Notes under the pieces: model-generated
Database searches by the model: none
What the model saw: only the letters and a program-made list of their open reading frames with translations
Told to the model about the DNA's origin: nothing
Program-made: the position numbers and the translations under genes
In this document: positions 29,841-44,800 of the stretch, in pieces
How positions within the stretch are numbered: position 1 is the stretch's first letter
Layout of the letters: each line of letters starts with the position of its first letter
Assembly (NCBI RefSeq): GCF_009914755.1
Contig: NC_060937.1
Source: the human T2T-CHM13v2.0 reference genome, Homo sapiens
DNA: 64,000 bases
Reading direction: 5' to 3' (one strand)

Positions 29841-32800
29841 AATTCCATTCTTTCCTTTCCGTTCCTTTCCAGTCCATTCGATTCCAGTCTATTCTAATCC
29901 ACTCCACTCCACTCCGTTGAATTCCGTTACTTCCCATTCCATCTCTTTCCAATCTATTTCCCTCCACTCCACTACCCTCCATTAAATGCCATTCCACCCC
30001 ATTCCATTCCACTCCATTTCAATCCACTCTACTCCACTTCATTGCATTCCATTTGATTGCATTGAATGCCTTTCGATTTCATTCCACTCGATTCCATTCC
30101 ATTCCATTCTCTTCCATTCGTTTCCATTCCATTTGATTCCATTCCATCCCAATCCATTCCATTCAATTCCACTCCATTCCATTCCATTCAATTCTATTCC
30201 ATTCATTCCATTCATTTCCATTTCATTCCATTCCATGCCATTGCATTTCATTTCCACTCCCCTCTACTGCACTCCATTCCGTTCAATTCCATTCCTTCTC
30301 ATTCCATTCCACTCCATTCCACTCCATTCCGTTCCACTCACTTCCATTCCACCCCTTTCCATTCCCCTCCATTTCACTCCTCTCTTCTCCACTGCTTTCC
30401 ATTCGATGCCTTTCGATTAAATTCCATTCGATTCCATTCCATTCATTTGCACTCCAGTCCACTCCATTCCAATCCTTTCCGTTCCATTCTATTCGATTCC
30501 ATTCCACTCCAATCCACTCTGATCCACTTTATTCCATTCCATTCCATTGTATTCAACTCCATTCCATTCAATTCCGTTCTATTCCTTTCCACTCCACTCC
30601 ACTACACTCCATTGAAATCCATTCCTCCCCATTCCTTTCCACTCCATTCCATTCCACTGCACTCCATTTCAATGCATACCATTCGATTACAGTCGTTTCC
30701 ATTCGATTCCATTCTAATCGATTCCAAACCTTTTGATTCCACTCCATTCGATTAGATTCCATTCCATTCGATTTCATTCCTTTCGATTTGATTTTATTCC
30801 ATTCGGGTCCATTCCTTTCGATTATATTTCACTCGATTGCATTCCATTCGAGTCCATTCCTTTCGAGTCCATTAAATTAAATTCCATTCTTTCCATTCCA
30901 TTCCAGTCCAGTCCATTCCAGTCCATTCCAGTCCACTCCTCTCCACTCCACTCCATTCAATTCCATTACTTCTCATTCCATTCCATTCCACTCCATTCTT
31001 CTCCACTCCACTACATTCCATTCAATTTATTTCCACCCAATTCCATTACACTCCATGACAATCCATTCCACTCCAGTTCATCACATTCCATTTGATTCCA
31101 TTCATTGCCATTCAATTCCATTCCTTTCGATTGCCTTCCACTTTATTCCTCTCCATTTGATTCCATTCCATTCTATTCCATTCCCGTCGATTCATTTCCA
31201 TTCGATTCCATTACATTCGAGGACATTCCATTCAATTCGTTTCAATTCCAGTCCATTCCATTGCAGTCCATTCCTTTTGAGTCCATTCCATTCGGGACTA
31301 TTCCACTCCAGTCAATTCCATTCGAGCCCATTCTATTCCAATCCATTTTACTCCAGTCCATTCCATTTGAGTCCATTCCATTCGAGTCCATTCCATTCCA
31401 GTCCAATCTATTCCAGTCTATTCCGTTTGAGTCTATTCTGTCGGAGTCCATTATATTCTTTTCCATTCTCTTCCCTTTCCTTTCCTTCCTTTCCATTCCT
31501 CTCCACTTCACTCCTTTCCATTCCTTTCCACTTCACTCCATTCCATTCCACTCCACTCCATTCTATTCCACTGCATTCCACTCCATTCCACTTTTCCATT
31601 CCATTCCATTCCATTCCATTCCATTCCATTCCATTCTATTGCATTCCATTCCACTCTGCTCTGCTCCACTCCACTCCATTCAATTCCATTCTTTCTCATT
31701 CCATTCCACTCTATTCTTCTCCAATCCACTCCATTCCATTCAATTCCATTCCACTCTATTCCATTCCACTGCATTCCACTTCTCTCTACTCCACTTCACA
31801 GCATTCCAGTCGATGCCATTCAATTCCTTTCCATTCAATTCCATTCCAATTCATTCTATTTCATTTGATTCCATTCCATTCCATTCAATCCCGTTCCATT
31901 CCATTCCATTCCATTCCGTTCCATTCCATTCCATTCCATTCCGTTCCATTCCATTCCATTCCATTCCTTTCCATTCCATTCCATTCCATTCAATTCGAGT
32001 CCGTTCCATTCCATTCCATTCCATTGGATTCCTTTCCAAACTATTCCATTCCATTCAAGTACATTCCCTTTGAGTCCATTCCATTCCATTCCATTCCATT
32101 CCATTCCATTCCATTCCCCTCCATTCCACTCAACTGCACTCCACTACATTCCATTCCTTTCTATTCCATTACATTCCATTGCCCTCCTGTCGACTCCATT
32201 CCATTCCATTCCTCTCCATTCCATTCCACTCCATTCGGTACTTTCCTTTAAACTCCACTCCTCTCCACTCCACTCCATTCCACTTCACTCTATTCCATTC
32301 CATTCCATTCCATTGCATTACAATCCACTCCACTCCACTCAATTCCATTCCTTCCCATTCCATTCCATTCCACTCCATCGCACTTCATACAATTGAGTTC
32401 CACATCATTCAATTCCACTCCATTACACTCCACTCCACTTAACCGCATTCTGTTAGATTCAATACGATGCCATTCTATTCCTTTACATTCCATTTCATTC
32501 CAGTCGATTCCATTCTATTCAATTCCATTCCATTCGATTCAATTCCTTTTGATTCCATTCCAGTGTATTCCATTCAATTTGATTCCCTTCCACTCGATTC
32601 CACACCATTTGGGTGCTTTTCATTCGAGTCCATTCCATTCCTCTCCATTCCCTCCCAGTCCATTCCAGTCCAGTCCATTTTACTCGAGTCCATTGCATTC
32701 CATTCCTTCATATTCCATTCCACTATACTCCATTCCATTCCATTGCATTGCACTCCACTCCACTCCGTTCAAATCCATTCCAATGCATTCCATTCCATTC

Positions 32801-35800
32801 CATTGCATTCCATTCAAATCTATTCCAATCCATTCCATTCCATTCCACTCCATTCCATACCATTCCACTCCACTCGACTCCACTCCATTCCTTTCCATTC
32901 CATTCAACTCAACTCCAAACAAATCCACTCCCCTCGATTCCTCTACATTCCACTCTATTCCACTCAAATCCACTCCACTGCATTCCACTCCACTCCACTT
33001 CACTCCACTCCACTCCATTCCATTCCATTGCTTTCCACTCCACTCTGTTCAATTCCATTCCTTTAAATTCCATTTTATCACATTCCGTTAGATTCCACTG
33101 CACTCCACTCCATTGAATTCCAGTCCACCCTATTCCATTCCACACCATTCCACTCCACTCCACTCTACTTCACGGCATCCCATTCAATTCCATTTGATGT
33201 CATTCGATTCCATTCAGTTCCATTCCATTTGATTCCATTCCATTCAATTTCATTCCTTTGAATTCCATTCCGTTAGATTCCATTGCATTCGAGGCCATTC
33301 CATTCCAGTCTACTGCATTCAGGTCCATTCAGTTTGGGTCCATTACATTCGAGTCCATTCCACTCGCGTCCATTCCATTTCATTCCATTCCACTCCACTC
33401 CACTCCACTCCATTCCACTCCACTCCATTACACTACATTCTGCTCCAGTCCATTCCATTCCATTCTATTCCATCCCACTGCAATCCACTCCACTGCACTC
33501 CACTCCATTCTATTCTATTCCACTCCACTCCATTTCATTCCACTCCACTCCATTCCACTCCACTACATTCCAATCCAATTCATTCCATTCCATTCTATTC
33601 AATTCCATTCCTTTCCATTGTGTTCCATCACACTGCAATCCACTCCACTCCTCTCCACTCCACCCCATTCCATTCTATTCCACTCCATTCCATTTCATTC
33701 CAATCCACTCCATTCTACTCCACTACATTCCATTCCAATTCATTCCATTCCATTCTATTACATTCCATTCCACTCCACTCCTCTCCATTCAATTCCATTT
33801 CCATTCATTCCATTTCATTCCACTGTAATACATTCCATTCCATTCCATTGCATTCCAGTCCAGTCCACTCCCCTCCGTTCAATTCCATTCCTTCCCATTC
33901 AATTCCTTTCCAATCCATTTCACCTGACTCCACTCCACTCCATTCAATTAAATTCCACCCCATTCCATTCCACTTCATTCCACTCCTCTCCACTTCACCA
34001 CATTGTTTTCAAATCCATTAGATGCTTTTCGAATCCATTCAATTCGAATCCATTCCATTCGATTCCATTCCATTCAATCCCATTCTATTTGATTCCGTTC
34101 CATTCGATTCCATTGCATTTGATTCCTTGGCATTTGATTCCATTCCATTCCATTCCGTTCCATTGCATTCCATTCCGTTATATTTGACTCAATTCCATTT
34201 GAGTCCATTCCTTTTGAGTCCAATCCATTCCAGCCATTCCACTGGAATCCAATCCATTCCAGTCCATTCCATTTGATTCAATTCCATTCCAATCCATTTC
34301 ATTCCACTCCACTCCACTCGTCTCCCCTCCACTCAACTCCATTCCAATCAAATCCAATGCATTGCACTCAAATACATTGCATTCCATTCCATTCAATTCC
34401 TTTCCTTCCCATTCCTTTCCATTCCAATCAATTTCCCTCCACTCCACTCCATTCTATTCCATTCCAGCCCATTCCATTCCACTCCATTCCACTCCACTCC
34501 ACTTCACAGCATTCCATTCGATTCCATTCCATTCCAGTCCATTCCGTTCAATTTCATTAAATTCGATTCCATTCCATTCGAATCCATTCCTTTCGAATCC
34601 TTTCCTTTCGATTTCATTCCCTTCTGTTCCATTCCATTCCATTCCATTTCATTCGATTCCAGTCCATTCCATTCCTTTCCATTCCATTCCATTCCACTGC
34701 ATTCCACTAACTCCACTCCACTCTGCTTTACTCCATTCCTTCCCATTCCATTCCACTCCGTTCTAATCCAATCCACTCCACTCCATTCTATTCCAATCCA
34801 CTCCACTCCATTCTATTCCAATCCACTCCATTCCACTCCTCTCCACTCCGATTCACCGCAATCCATTCCATGCCATTTGATTACATTCAATTCAATTCCG
34901 TTCTAATCCATTCAATTACATTCCCTTCCATTCCATTCCATTCCATTCCATTCCATTCCATTCCATTCCATTCTATCCCATTCCATTCCATTCTATTCCA
35001 TTCCAATTCAGTTGATTGCATTCCATTCCTTTTGATTCCTTGCCATTCCATTCCATTCGATACTATTCCATTCTATTCCATTCCATTCCATTTTATTCCG
35101 TTCCACTTCATTCCTTTGCATTCAATTCCTTTCCATTCCATTCCATTCCATTCCATTCCATTGCATTCCATTCCATTCCATTCCATTCATTGATTCCATT
35201 CCTTTGGATTCCCTTCCATTGAATTCCATTCCATTCGAGTCCAGTCCATTCCATTCCAATACATTTCGTTCCATTCCATTCCATTCCATTCCATTCCATT
35301 CCATTCCGTTCCATAACCCTTCACTCCAATTCACTCCCCTTAACGCCACTCCATTCCATTCGATTCCATTCCATTCTATTCCATTCAATTCCACTCAATT
35401 CCATTCCATTCCACTCCACTCCATTCCACTCCGTTTCAATCTATTCCACTCCATTCCATTCTATTCCATTCCTCTCCACTCAACTCCACTCCACTCCATT
35501 CCTTTTCACTCCATTCCATTCTATTCCATTTCTTTCCAATCCACTCCACTCCATTCAATTCCATTCCTTCCCGTTACATTCAATTCCACTCCATTCCTCT
35601 CCACTCCTCTCCACTCCATTCAATTGCATTCCAATTCTTTCCATTGCACACCACTCCACTGAACTTCACCACATTCCATTCGAATCCTTTCGATGCCATT
35701 TGATTCCATTCCATTTTATTTCATTCGATACCATTTGATTCCATTCCTTTCGGTTCCATTCCATTTGATTGTGTTCCATTTGATTCCTTGCATTCAATTC

Positions 35801-38800
35801 CATTCTATGTCATTTGATTCCTTTCCATTCGAATCCACTCCATTCCATTTGATTCCGTTGTACTCCATTCTACTCCATTCGAGTCCATTCCACTCCATTC
35901 CATTCCTTTCCATTCCATTTGATTCCATTCCTTTCGAGTCCATTGCATTCAATTCCATTCGATTCCGTTCGATACTATTCCATTCCATTCCATTCCTTTC
36001 AATTCCATTCGTGTCATTTCCATTCCATTCCATTCCATTCCATTCCATTCCATTCTATTCCATTCCATTCCATTGCACTGCATTCCACTCCACTCCACTC
36101 CACTCTTTTCAATTCCATTCCTTCCCATTCCATTCCACTCTGTTCCAATCCAATCCACTCCACTCCATTCTATTCCATTCCACTCCATTCCATTCCACTC
36201 AATTCCACTCCTCTCCACTCCAGTTCACCGCATTCCATTTGATGCCACTCAGTTCCATTCCATTCGATTCCATTCCATTCCATTCATTTCCATTCCATTC
36301 CGTTCCATTCCTTTCCATTCCTTTCGATTCTATTGCATTCGATTGCATTCCATTTCATTTGATTCCATTCCATTAGATTCCATTCCATTCATTTCCCTTC
36401 CATTCCATTCAGTTCCATCCCATTCCGTTCCATTCCAATCCATTCCCTTCCATTCCATTGCATTTGATTCCATTCCATTTCATTTGATTCCATTCCATTC
36501 CTTTTGATTCCATTGCACTCAATTCCATTCCATTTCACTCTATTCGAGACCATTCCATTCCATTCCTTTCCACTCTATTTGTTTCCATTCCATTCAATTC
36601 CATTCCATTCGTTTCGTTTCCATTCGTTTCCAATCAATTCCATTCAATTCTATTGCATTCTATTCCATTCCATTCGAGTCCATTCCCTTCCATTCCATTC
36701 CCTTCTATTCCTTCCATTCCATTCCACTGCATTCCACTACACTCCTATTCACTCTGCTCAATTCCATTCCTTCCCATTCCATTCCACTCCTTTCCAATGC
36801 AATACACTCCAGCCCATTCTATTCCATTCCACTCCATTCCATTCCACTCCATTCCAGTCCTCTCCACTCCACTTAACCGCAATCCATTCAATGCTGTTTG
36901 ATTCCATTCCATTCTTTTCCATTCCACTCCATTGCATTCCATTCCATTTCGTTCCATTCCATTCTACTCCATTCCTTTCTATTCTATTCCATTCCTTTTA
37001 ATTCCATTGCCTTCAAATCTTTTCGAGTTAATTCCTTTCCATTCCATTCTATTCCATTCCATTCCATTCCATTCGTTTCCATTCCTTTCAATACCAATCC
37101 TTTGGATTCCATTCCATTCTATTCCATTCCATTCGAGTCCAGTCCATTCCAATCCATTCCATTAAAATCCATTCCATTCCATTACAATCCATTCCATTCC
37201 ATTCCACTCCATTCCATTCCATTTCCCTTCACTCCACTCCATTTTGTGCCACTTCATTCTATTCGATTTCATTCCATTCCATTCCAATAAATTCTGCTCT
37301 ACTCCATTCCATTCTATTCCAGTCCATTCAACTCCATTCCATTCCATTCCATTCTATTCCATTCCACTCCACTCCATTCCATTCCATTCCACTGCTTTCC
37401 CATCCACTCCACTACTTTCCGTTCAATTCCATTCCTTCCCATTCCATTCCATTCCACTCCATTCCTCTCCACTCCTCTGCACTCCGTTAAATTCCATTCA
37501 TTATCATTCCACTCTACTCCATTCCACTCCAATCCACTCCACTCCATTCAATTCCATTCCACACCATTCCATTCCCGTCCATTCCACTCCTCTCTACTCC
37601 ACTTCACCACATTTTATTCGATGCCATTCGTTTCCATTCCATTCCATTCCATTCCATTCCATTCCATTCCATTCCATTCCATTCTGTTCCATTCCACTCG
37701 GTTTTAATCAATTCCATTCTATTCCATTCCATTGCTTTTCAATTCCTCTCCACTCCACTCAACTCCATTCAATTATATTTCTTCTCTTTCCATTCCACTC
37801 CATTCAAAACCAGTGCACTCCACTGCATTCAATTCCATTCCACCCCTCTGTTCTCCACTTCACCACATTCCAGTTGATTCCATTCAATTCCTTTCCATTG
37901 GATTCCATTCCATTGGATTGCATTCCTATTTCTTTCTATTCTATTGCATTCCATTCAATTCCATTCCATTTGTGTCCATTCCATTCCATTCCCTTCCATT
38001 CCATTCCATTCCATTCCATTCCCTTCCATTCCAGTCCATTTCATTCTTTTCCATTCCATTCCTTTCCATTCCATTCCATTCCATTCAGTTCCATTTCTTT
38101 CCTTTCCATTGCCTTGCATTCCATTCCATTAGATTCCATTACATTCGATTCTCTTCTATTTGATTCCTTTCATTTGATTCCATTCCTTTCGTCTGCATTT
38201 CATTCGATTCCTTTACATTCGATTCCATTCCCTTCTATTGCATTCCATTCGATTGCATTCTATTTGATACCATTCCATTCCGTTCCATTCCATTCCATTC
38301 CATTCCATTCCATTCCATTCCATTCATTTCCATTTCATTCGATTCCATTCATTTTGAGTCCGTTCCATTGCAATCCATTCCATTCAAGTCCATTCGATTC
38401 CACTCCATTCCATTCCCGTCCCTTCCATTCGATTGCTTTTCATTCGATTCCATTCCACTCGATTCCATTCCCTTTGCATCCATTCCTTTCGAGTACATTC
38501 GATTAGTGTACATTCCATTCAAGTCCATTCCATTCGAGTCCATTCCATTCCAGACCATTTCATTCGATTCCATCCCATTTGCTTCCAATCCATTCGATCC
38601 CCTTCCTTTTGATTCCACACTGTTAGAGCCCATTCCATTTGAGTCCAATCCATTTGATTCCATTACATTACATTACATTGCATTACATTACATTCGATTC
38701 CATTCCATTTGATTCCGTTTCATTGGATTCCATTACATTGGAGTCCATTCCTTTCCATTTGATTCCATTCCAATCCATTCCATTCCATTCCATTCCATTC

Positions 38801-41800
38801 CATTCCATTCCATTCAATTCCATTCCATTCTAATCCCTTCCATTCCATTCCATTCCTTTCGAGTCCATTCCATTCCAGTCCATTCCTTTCGAGTATATTC
38901 CATTCCACTCCATTCCATTCCATTCCATTGGAGTCCATGCGGCTTGAGTCAATTCCACCCAAGTCCATTTCATTCGAGTCCATTCCTCTCGAGTACATTC
39001 CATTTCACTCCATTCCATTCCATTCCATTCCATTCCATTCCATTCCATTGGAGTGCATTCCATTCCTATCCAATCCATTCGAGAACATTCCATTCCATTC
39101 CATTCCTTTCCATTTGATTCCATTCCATTACAGTCTGTTCCATTCAAGTCCATTCCATTCCGTTCCATTCCATTTCATTCCATTCCATTTCATTGGAATC
39201 CATGTGTCTTGAGTCCATTCCACCCAAGTCCATTCCATTCGAGTCCACTCCACTCGAGTCCATTCCATTCTAGTCCATTTGACTCGAGTCCATTCAACTC
39301 GAGTCCATTCCATTCAAGTCCATTCCTCTCCAGTCCATTCCATTTCACTCCATTCAATTCCATTACATTTCATTCGATTCCATTCCATTTGATTCCGTTT
39401 CATTTGAGTCCATTCCATTCCTGTCCAACCCATTTGAGCCCATTCCATTCCATTCCACTCCTTTCCATTTGATTCCATTCTATTTGAGTCCATTCGCTTC
39501 GAGTCCATTCCATTCTAGTTCATTCCACTAGAGTCCATTCCATTCAATTCCAGTCAATTCGAGTCTGTTCCACTCGATTCCATTCCATTCGAGTCCATTC
39601 CGTTCCATTTGATTTGATTCCATTCCATTCGGGTCCATTCCATTCGTGTCCATTCCACTGAAGTCAATTCCATTCTAGTCCAGTCAACTCGAGTCCATTC
39701 AACTCAAGTTCATTCCATTCGAGTCTATTCCACTCGAGTCCATCCATTCCACTCCATTCCATTCCAGTCCATTCCATTCCCCTGCTCTGAACTCCATTAC
39801 CTTCCACTACACTCCATTCCACTCCATTGCATTCCATTCCACTCCACTCCAATCCACTCCACTATGTTCAATTCCATTCCTTCACATTCCATTCCATTGC
39901 ACTGCTTTACACTCAACTCAACTCCACTCTATTCACTTCCATTTCACCCCTTTCCATTCCCCTCCATTCCACACCACTGCCCTCCATTTCACTGCATTCC
40001 ATTCGGTTCCAATCGATGCCATTCTATTCCATTCCTTTCGGTTCCATTCCAATCGATTCCATTCTATTAGAATCCATTCCATTTGATTTCATTCCATTCG
40101 AGACCATTCCATTCCATTCGATCCAATTCCATTCGATTCCATTCCATTCTATTCAATTCCTTTCGAATCCATTCCATTTTACTCCTTTCCGTTGTAGTCC
40201 ATTGCATTCCATTCCACTTGATTTCATTCCATTCCATTCGTTTCCACCCCATTCCATTCCATTCCAATCTATTCCATTCGATTCCATTCAATTCCATTCT
40301 GTTCCGTTCCATTCCATCCCATTCAATTGCATTCCAATGTATTCCATTCCATTCCTTTCCATTCCATTCCATTCCATTCGATATCTTTCCACTGCTTTCC
40401 ATTCCATTCCATTCGAGTCCATTCCATTCAAGTCTATTGCGCTCGAGTCCATTCCATTCCATTCCATTCCATTCCATTCCACTCCACTCCACTACATTCC
40501 ATTACCCCATACCCATTGTATTCCACTGCATTCCAGTCCATTCCACTCCATTCCATTCCATTCCATTGCATTCCATTCAAATCCACTCCCATCCAATCCA
40601 CACCGTTCAATTCCATTCCTTCCCCTTCTATTCCATTCCACTCCAAACCACTCCACTCCATTCCACTCCACCCCACTACATTCCAATCCACTCCACTCCA
40701 CTACATTCCATTCCACTCCACTCCACTCTACTCCACTCCTCTCTGTTCCACTCAAATCCGTTCTATTCCTTTCCTTCCCATTCCATTCCACTCCATTCCA
40801 CTGCACTCCACTCCATTCCATTGGATCCCATTCCATTTGATTCCATTCCATTCAATTCAATTCCTTCTGTTTCCATTCCATTTGAGTCCTTTCCATTGTA
40901 GTCCATTGTATTCCATTCCATTCCATTTTACTCCATTCCATTCCATTCAATTCCACTCCATTCGATCCCACTCCATTCGATCCCACTCCTTTCGATCCCA
41001 TTCCATTTGATTCAATTCCATTTTATTCCATTCAATTTGAATGTTTTCCATTCGAGGCCATTACATTGGAGTCCAATCCATTCCATTGCATTTCATTTCA
41101 TTCCATTGCATTCGATTCCATTCCATTCCATTGCGTTCTTTTCCATTCCATTCCATTCCATTCTGTTCTTTTCCATTCCATTCGTATCCATTCCATTTCA
41201 GTCCATTCCATTCGATTCCATTCCATTCCAGTCCATTCCTTTTTATTCCTTTCCTTTCGATTCCATTCCATTCAATTGCTTTCAATTCGATTCTCTTCCA
41301 ATTGATTCCATTCCTTTGGAGTCAATATTTTTCGAGTCCGCTGCATTCAAATCCATTCCATACGAGTCCATTTCGTTCCAGTCAATTACATTTGAGTCCA
41401 TTCCATTCCAGTCCATACCATTTGATTCCATTCCCTTCCATTCAATTCAATATCTTTCCATTCCATTCCATTCAAATTCATTCCATTAGATTCTATTCCA
41501 TTAGATGCGAGTCCATTCCATTTGAGGGTATTCCACTCGAGTACATTCCATTCCATTCCATTCCATTCCACTCCATTCCATTCCATTCGAATTCATTCCA
41601 TTCCATTCCTCTGCATTTGATTCCAATACACTCCATTCCATTCCATCCCATTCCATTGCATTCCATTCGAATCCACTCCACTCCACTCCACTTGGTTCAA
41701 TTCTATTCTTTCCTATTCCATAACTTTCCACTCCATTCCACTCCACTCCATTCCATTCAATTCCATTTCACCCCACTGCATTCCAATCCATTCTACTCCA

Positions 41801-44800
41801 CTGCACTCTGCTTCACCGCATTCCATTCGAATCCATTTGTTTCCATTTGATTTCATTCCACTTGATTCCATTCCATTCGATTCCATTCCATTCATACCCA
41901 TTCCATTTGATTCCGTTCCATTCCATTGGAGTCCATTTCATTCAATTCCATTCCATTCCTTTCCATTCCATTCCATTCCATTCCATTAGATTCCATTCTA
42001 TTCTATTCTATTCCATTCCATTTGTTTCCATTCCATTCGACTGCATTTCTTTCGATTCCATTCCATTCGATTACATTACATTCTATTGCATTCCATAAGA
42101 TTACATTCCATTTGATACCATTCTGTTCCATTCCATTGCATACCATTCCATTCCACTCGATTCCATGTTATTTGATTCCATTCATTTTGAGTCCATTCCA
42201 TTGCAATCCATTTCATTCAAGTCCATTCCGTTCCACTCCATTCCATTGCAGTCCATTCCATTCGATTGCATTGCATTCGATTCCATTCCATTCGATTCCA
42301 TTCCACTCGATTCCATTCCCTTCGAGTCCATTCCATTAGTGTCCATTCCATTCGAGTCCATTCCATTTGAGTCCATTCCATTCCAGGTCATTACATTTGA
42401 TTCCATTCCATTCGATTCCATTCCATTCGATCCCCTTCCATTCGATTCCATACCATTCGGGCCCATTCCATTCGAGTCCAATCCATTCGATTCCATTCGA
42501 TTCCATTCCATTCCATTCCATTCCATTCCATTCCATTCCATTCCATTCCATTCCATTGCTTTCCATTCGATTCCATTACATTGGAGTCTATTCCATTCCA
42601 GTTGGTTCCATTCCATTATATTCCATTATATTCCATTCGAGTCCATTCCATTCCTGTCCATTCCATTCGACTCCATTCCACTCCATTCCATTTTATTCCA
42701 TTCCATTCCATTCCTTTCCATTGGAGTCCATTTGGCTGGAGTCCATTCTACCTGAATCCACTGCATTGGAGTTTATTCCACTCGTGTCCATTCCATTCTA
42801 GTCCATTTGACTGGAGTCTATTCCACTCGAGTCCCTTCCACTCGAGTCCATTCCATTTCTATCCATTCCATTCCTTCCCATTTCATTCAATTCCGTTCCA
42901 TTCGAGTCCATTCCATTCCTGTCCAATCCATTCAAGTCCATTCCATTCCATTCCATTCCTTTCCCTATGATTCCGTTCAATTCAAGTCCATTCCCTTCGA
43001 GTCCATTCCATTCCTTTCCATTCCATTCCATTCCATTGGAGTCCATGCGGCTCGAGTCCATTCGGCCCGCATCAATTGCATTCGAGTCCTTTCCACTCGT
43101 GTCCATTCCATTCTAGTCCATTTGACTCGTGTCCATTCCACACGAGTCCATTCCATTCGAGTCCATTCCTCCCGAGTCCATTCCATTTCACTCCATTCCA
43201 TTCTATTCCATTTCATTCTATTCCATTCCATTCGATTCCATTCCATTCGAGTCCATTCCATTCCTGTCCAATCCATTCAAGTCCATTCCATTCCATTGCT
43301 TTCCATTTGATTCCATTTGATTCGAGTCCATTCCCTTCGAGTCCATTCCGTTCCAGTACATTCCATTCAAGTTCATTCCACTCCACCGCATTTCAATCCA
43401 TTCCTTTCCTTTTCAGTCCATTTGATTCAATTCCACTCTACTCCACTCCATTCCTTTCCATTCCATTCCATTCCATTGAACTGCAATCCAATCCACTCCA
43501 CTCAACTCCACACTACTCCACTCAACTCCTTTCCCTTCTGTTCCATTCCATTCCATTCAATTCCATTCCATTCCATTCCACTCCATTCCACTGCACTCCA
43601 TTGCATTTCACTCCATTATACTCCATTCCACTCCATTCCACTCCACTCCACTCCACTCCATTCCATTCCACTGCACTCCGGTCCACTCCACTCAACTCCA
43701 CTCCACTCCACTCAACCTCCACTCCATTCTATTCTGTTCCCTTCCATTCTGTACCATTCCATTCCATTCCACTCCACTCCATTCCACTCCACTCCATTCC
43801 ACAACATTCCACTCCATTCCACTGCACTCCACTCCACTGCACTCCATTCCATTCCACTCAACTGCACTCCATTCCATTCCACTGCATTCCATTCCGTTGC
43901 ATTCCACTCCATTCCAATGCACTCCATTCCACCCCACTCCACTCCATTATACTCCATTCCAATTCATTCCATTAATTTCCATTGCCTTCTACTCCATTCC
44001 ATTTCATTCACTTCCACTCCATTCCTCTCCACTCCATTCCACTCCTTTCTGTTACTGTCCACTCCACTCCATTCCACTCCTTTCCTTTCTGTTCCATTCC
44101 ACTCCACTCCATTCAATTCCACTCTACTCCATTCCATTCCATTCCTTTATTTCAATTGGCTGTAACTCTGTCTCCCAGACTGTAGTGCAGTGACACAATC
44201 TTAGCTCTCATTTCCTTTCACCACTGTGTTCCATTCCATTCCATTCCACTCCACTCCACTCCATTCCACTCCACTCTATTCCATTTCATTCCATTCCATT
44301 CCATTCCATTGCACTCTCATCCACTCAACTCAACTCCTCTGCACTCCACTCCACTCCATTCCGTTCCATTCCACTCCTTTCCATTACATTCCATTCCTTT
44401 CCATTCCATTCCTTTCCACTCCACTTCATTTCAATCCACTCCTTTCCATTAAATTCCTCCCTACTCCACTCCTCTCCACTCCATTCCATTCCATTCGACT
44501 GCACTCTGATCCACTCCACTCAACTCCACTCCACTCAACTGCACTCCACCCCACTCCACTCCATTCCACTCCACTCCACTCCATTCTGCTCCTCTCCATG
44601 CCATTCCACTCCACTCCATTCCATTCCACTCCGCTCCACTCCATTTCATTCCACTCCAGTCCTTTACATTACACTCCACTCCATTCCATTCCATTCCAGT
44701 CCACTCCACTCCACTCCATTCCACTCCACTCCATTCCATTCCATTCGACTGCACTCTGATCCACTCCACTCAACTCCACTCTTCTGTTCTCCATTCCGTT

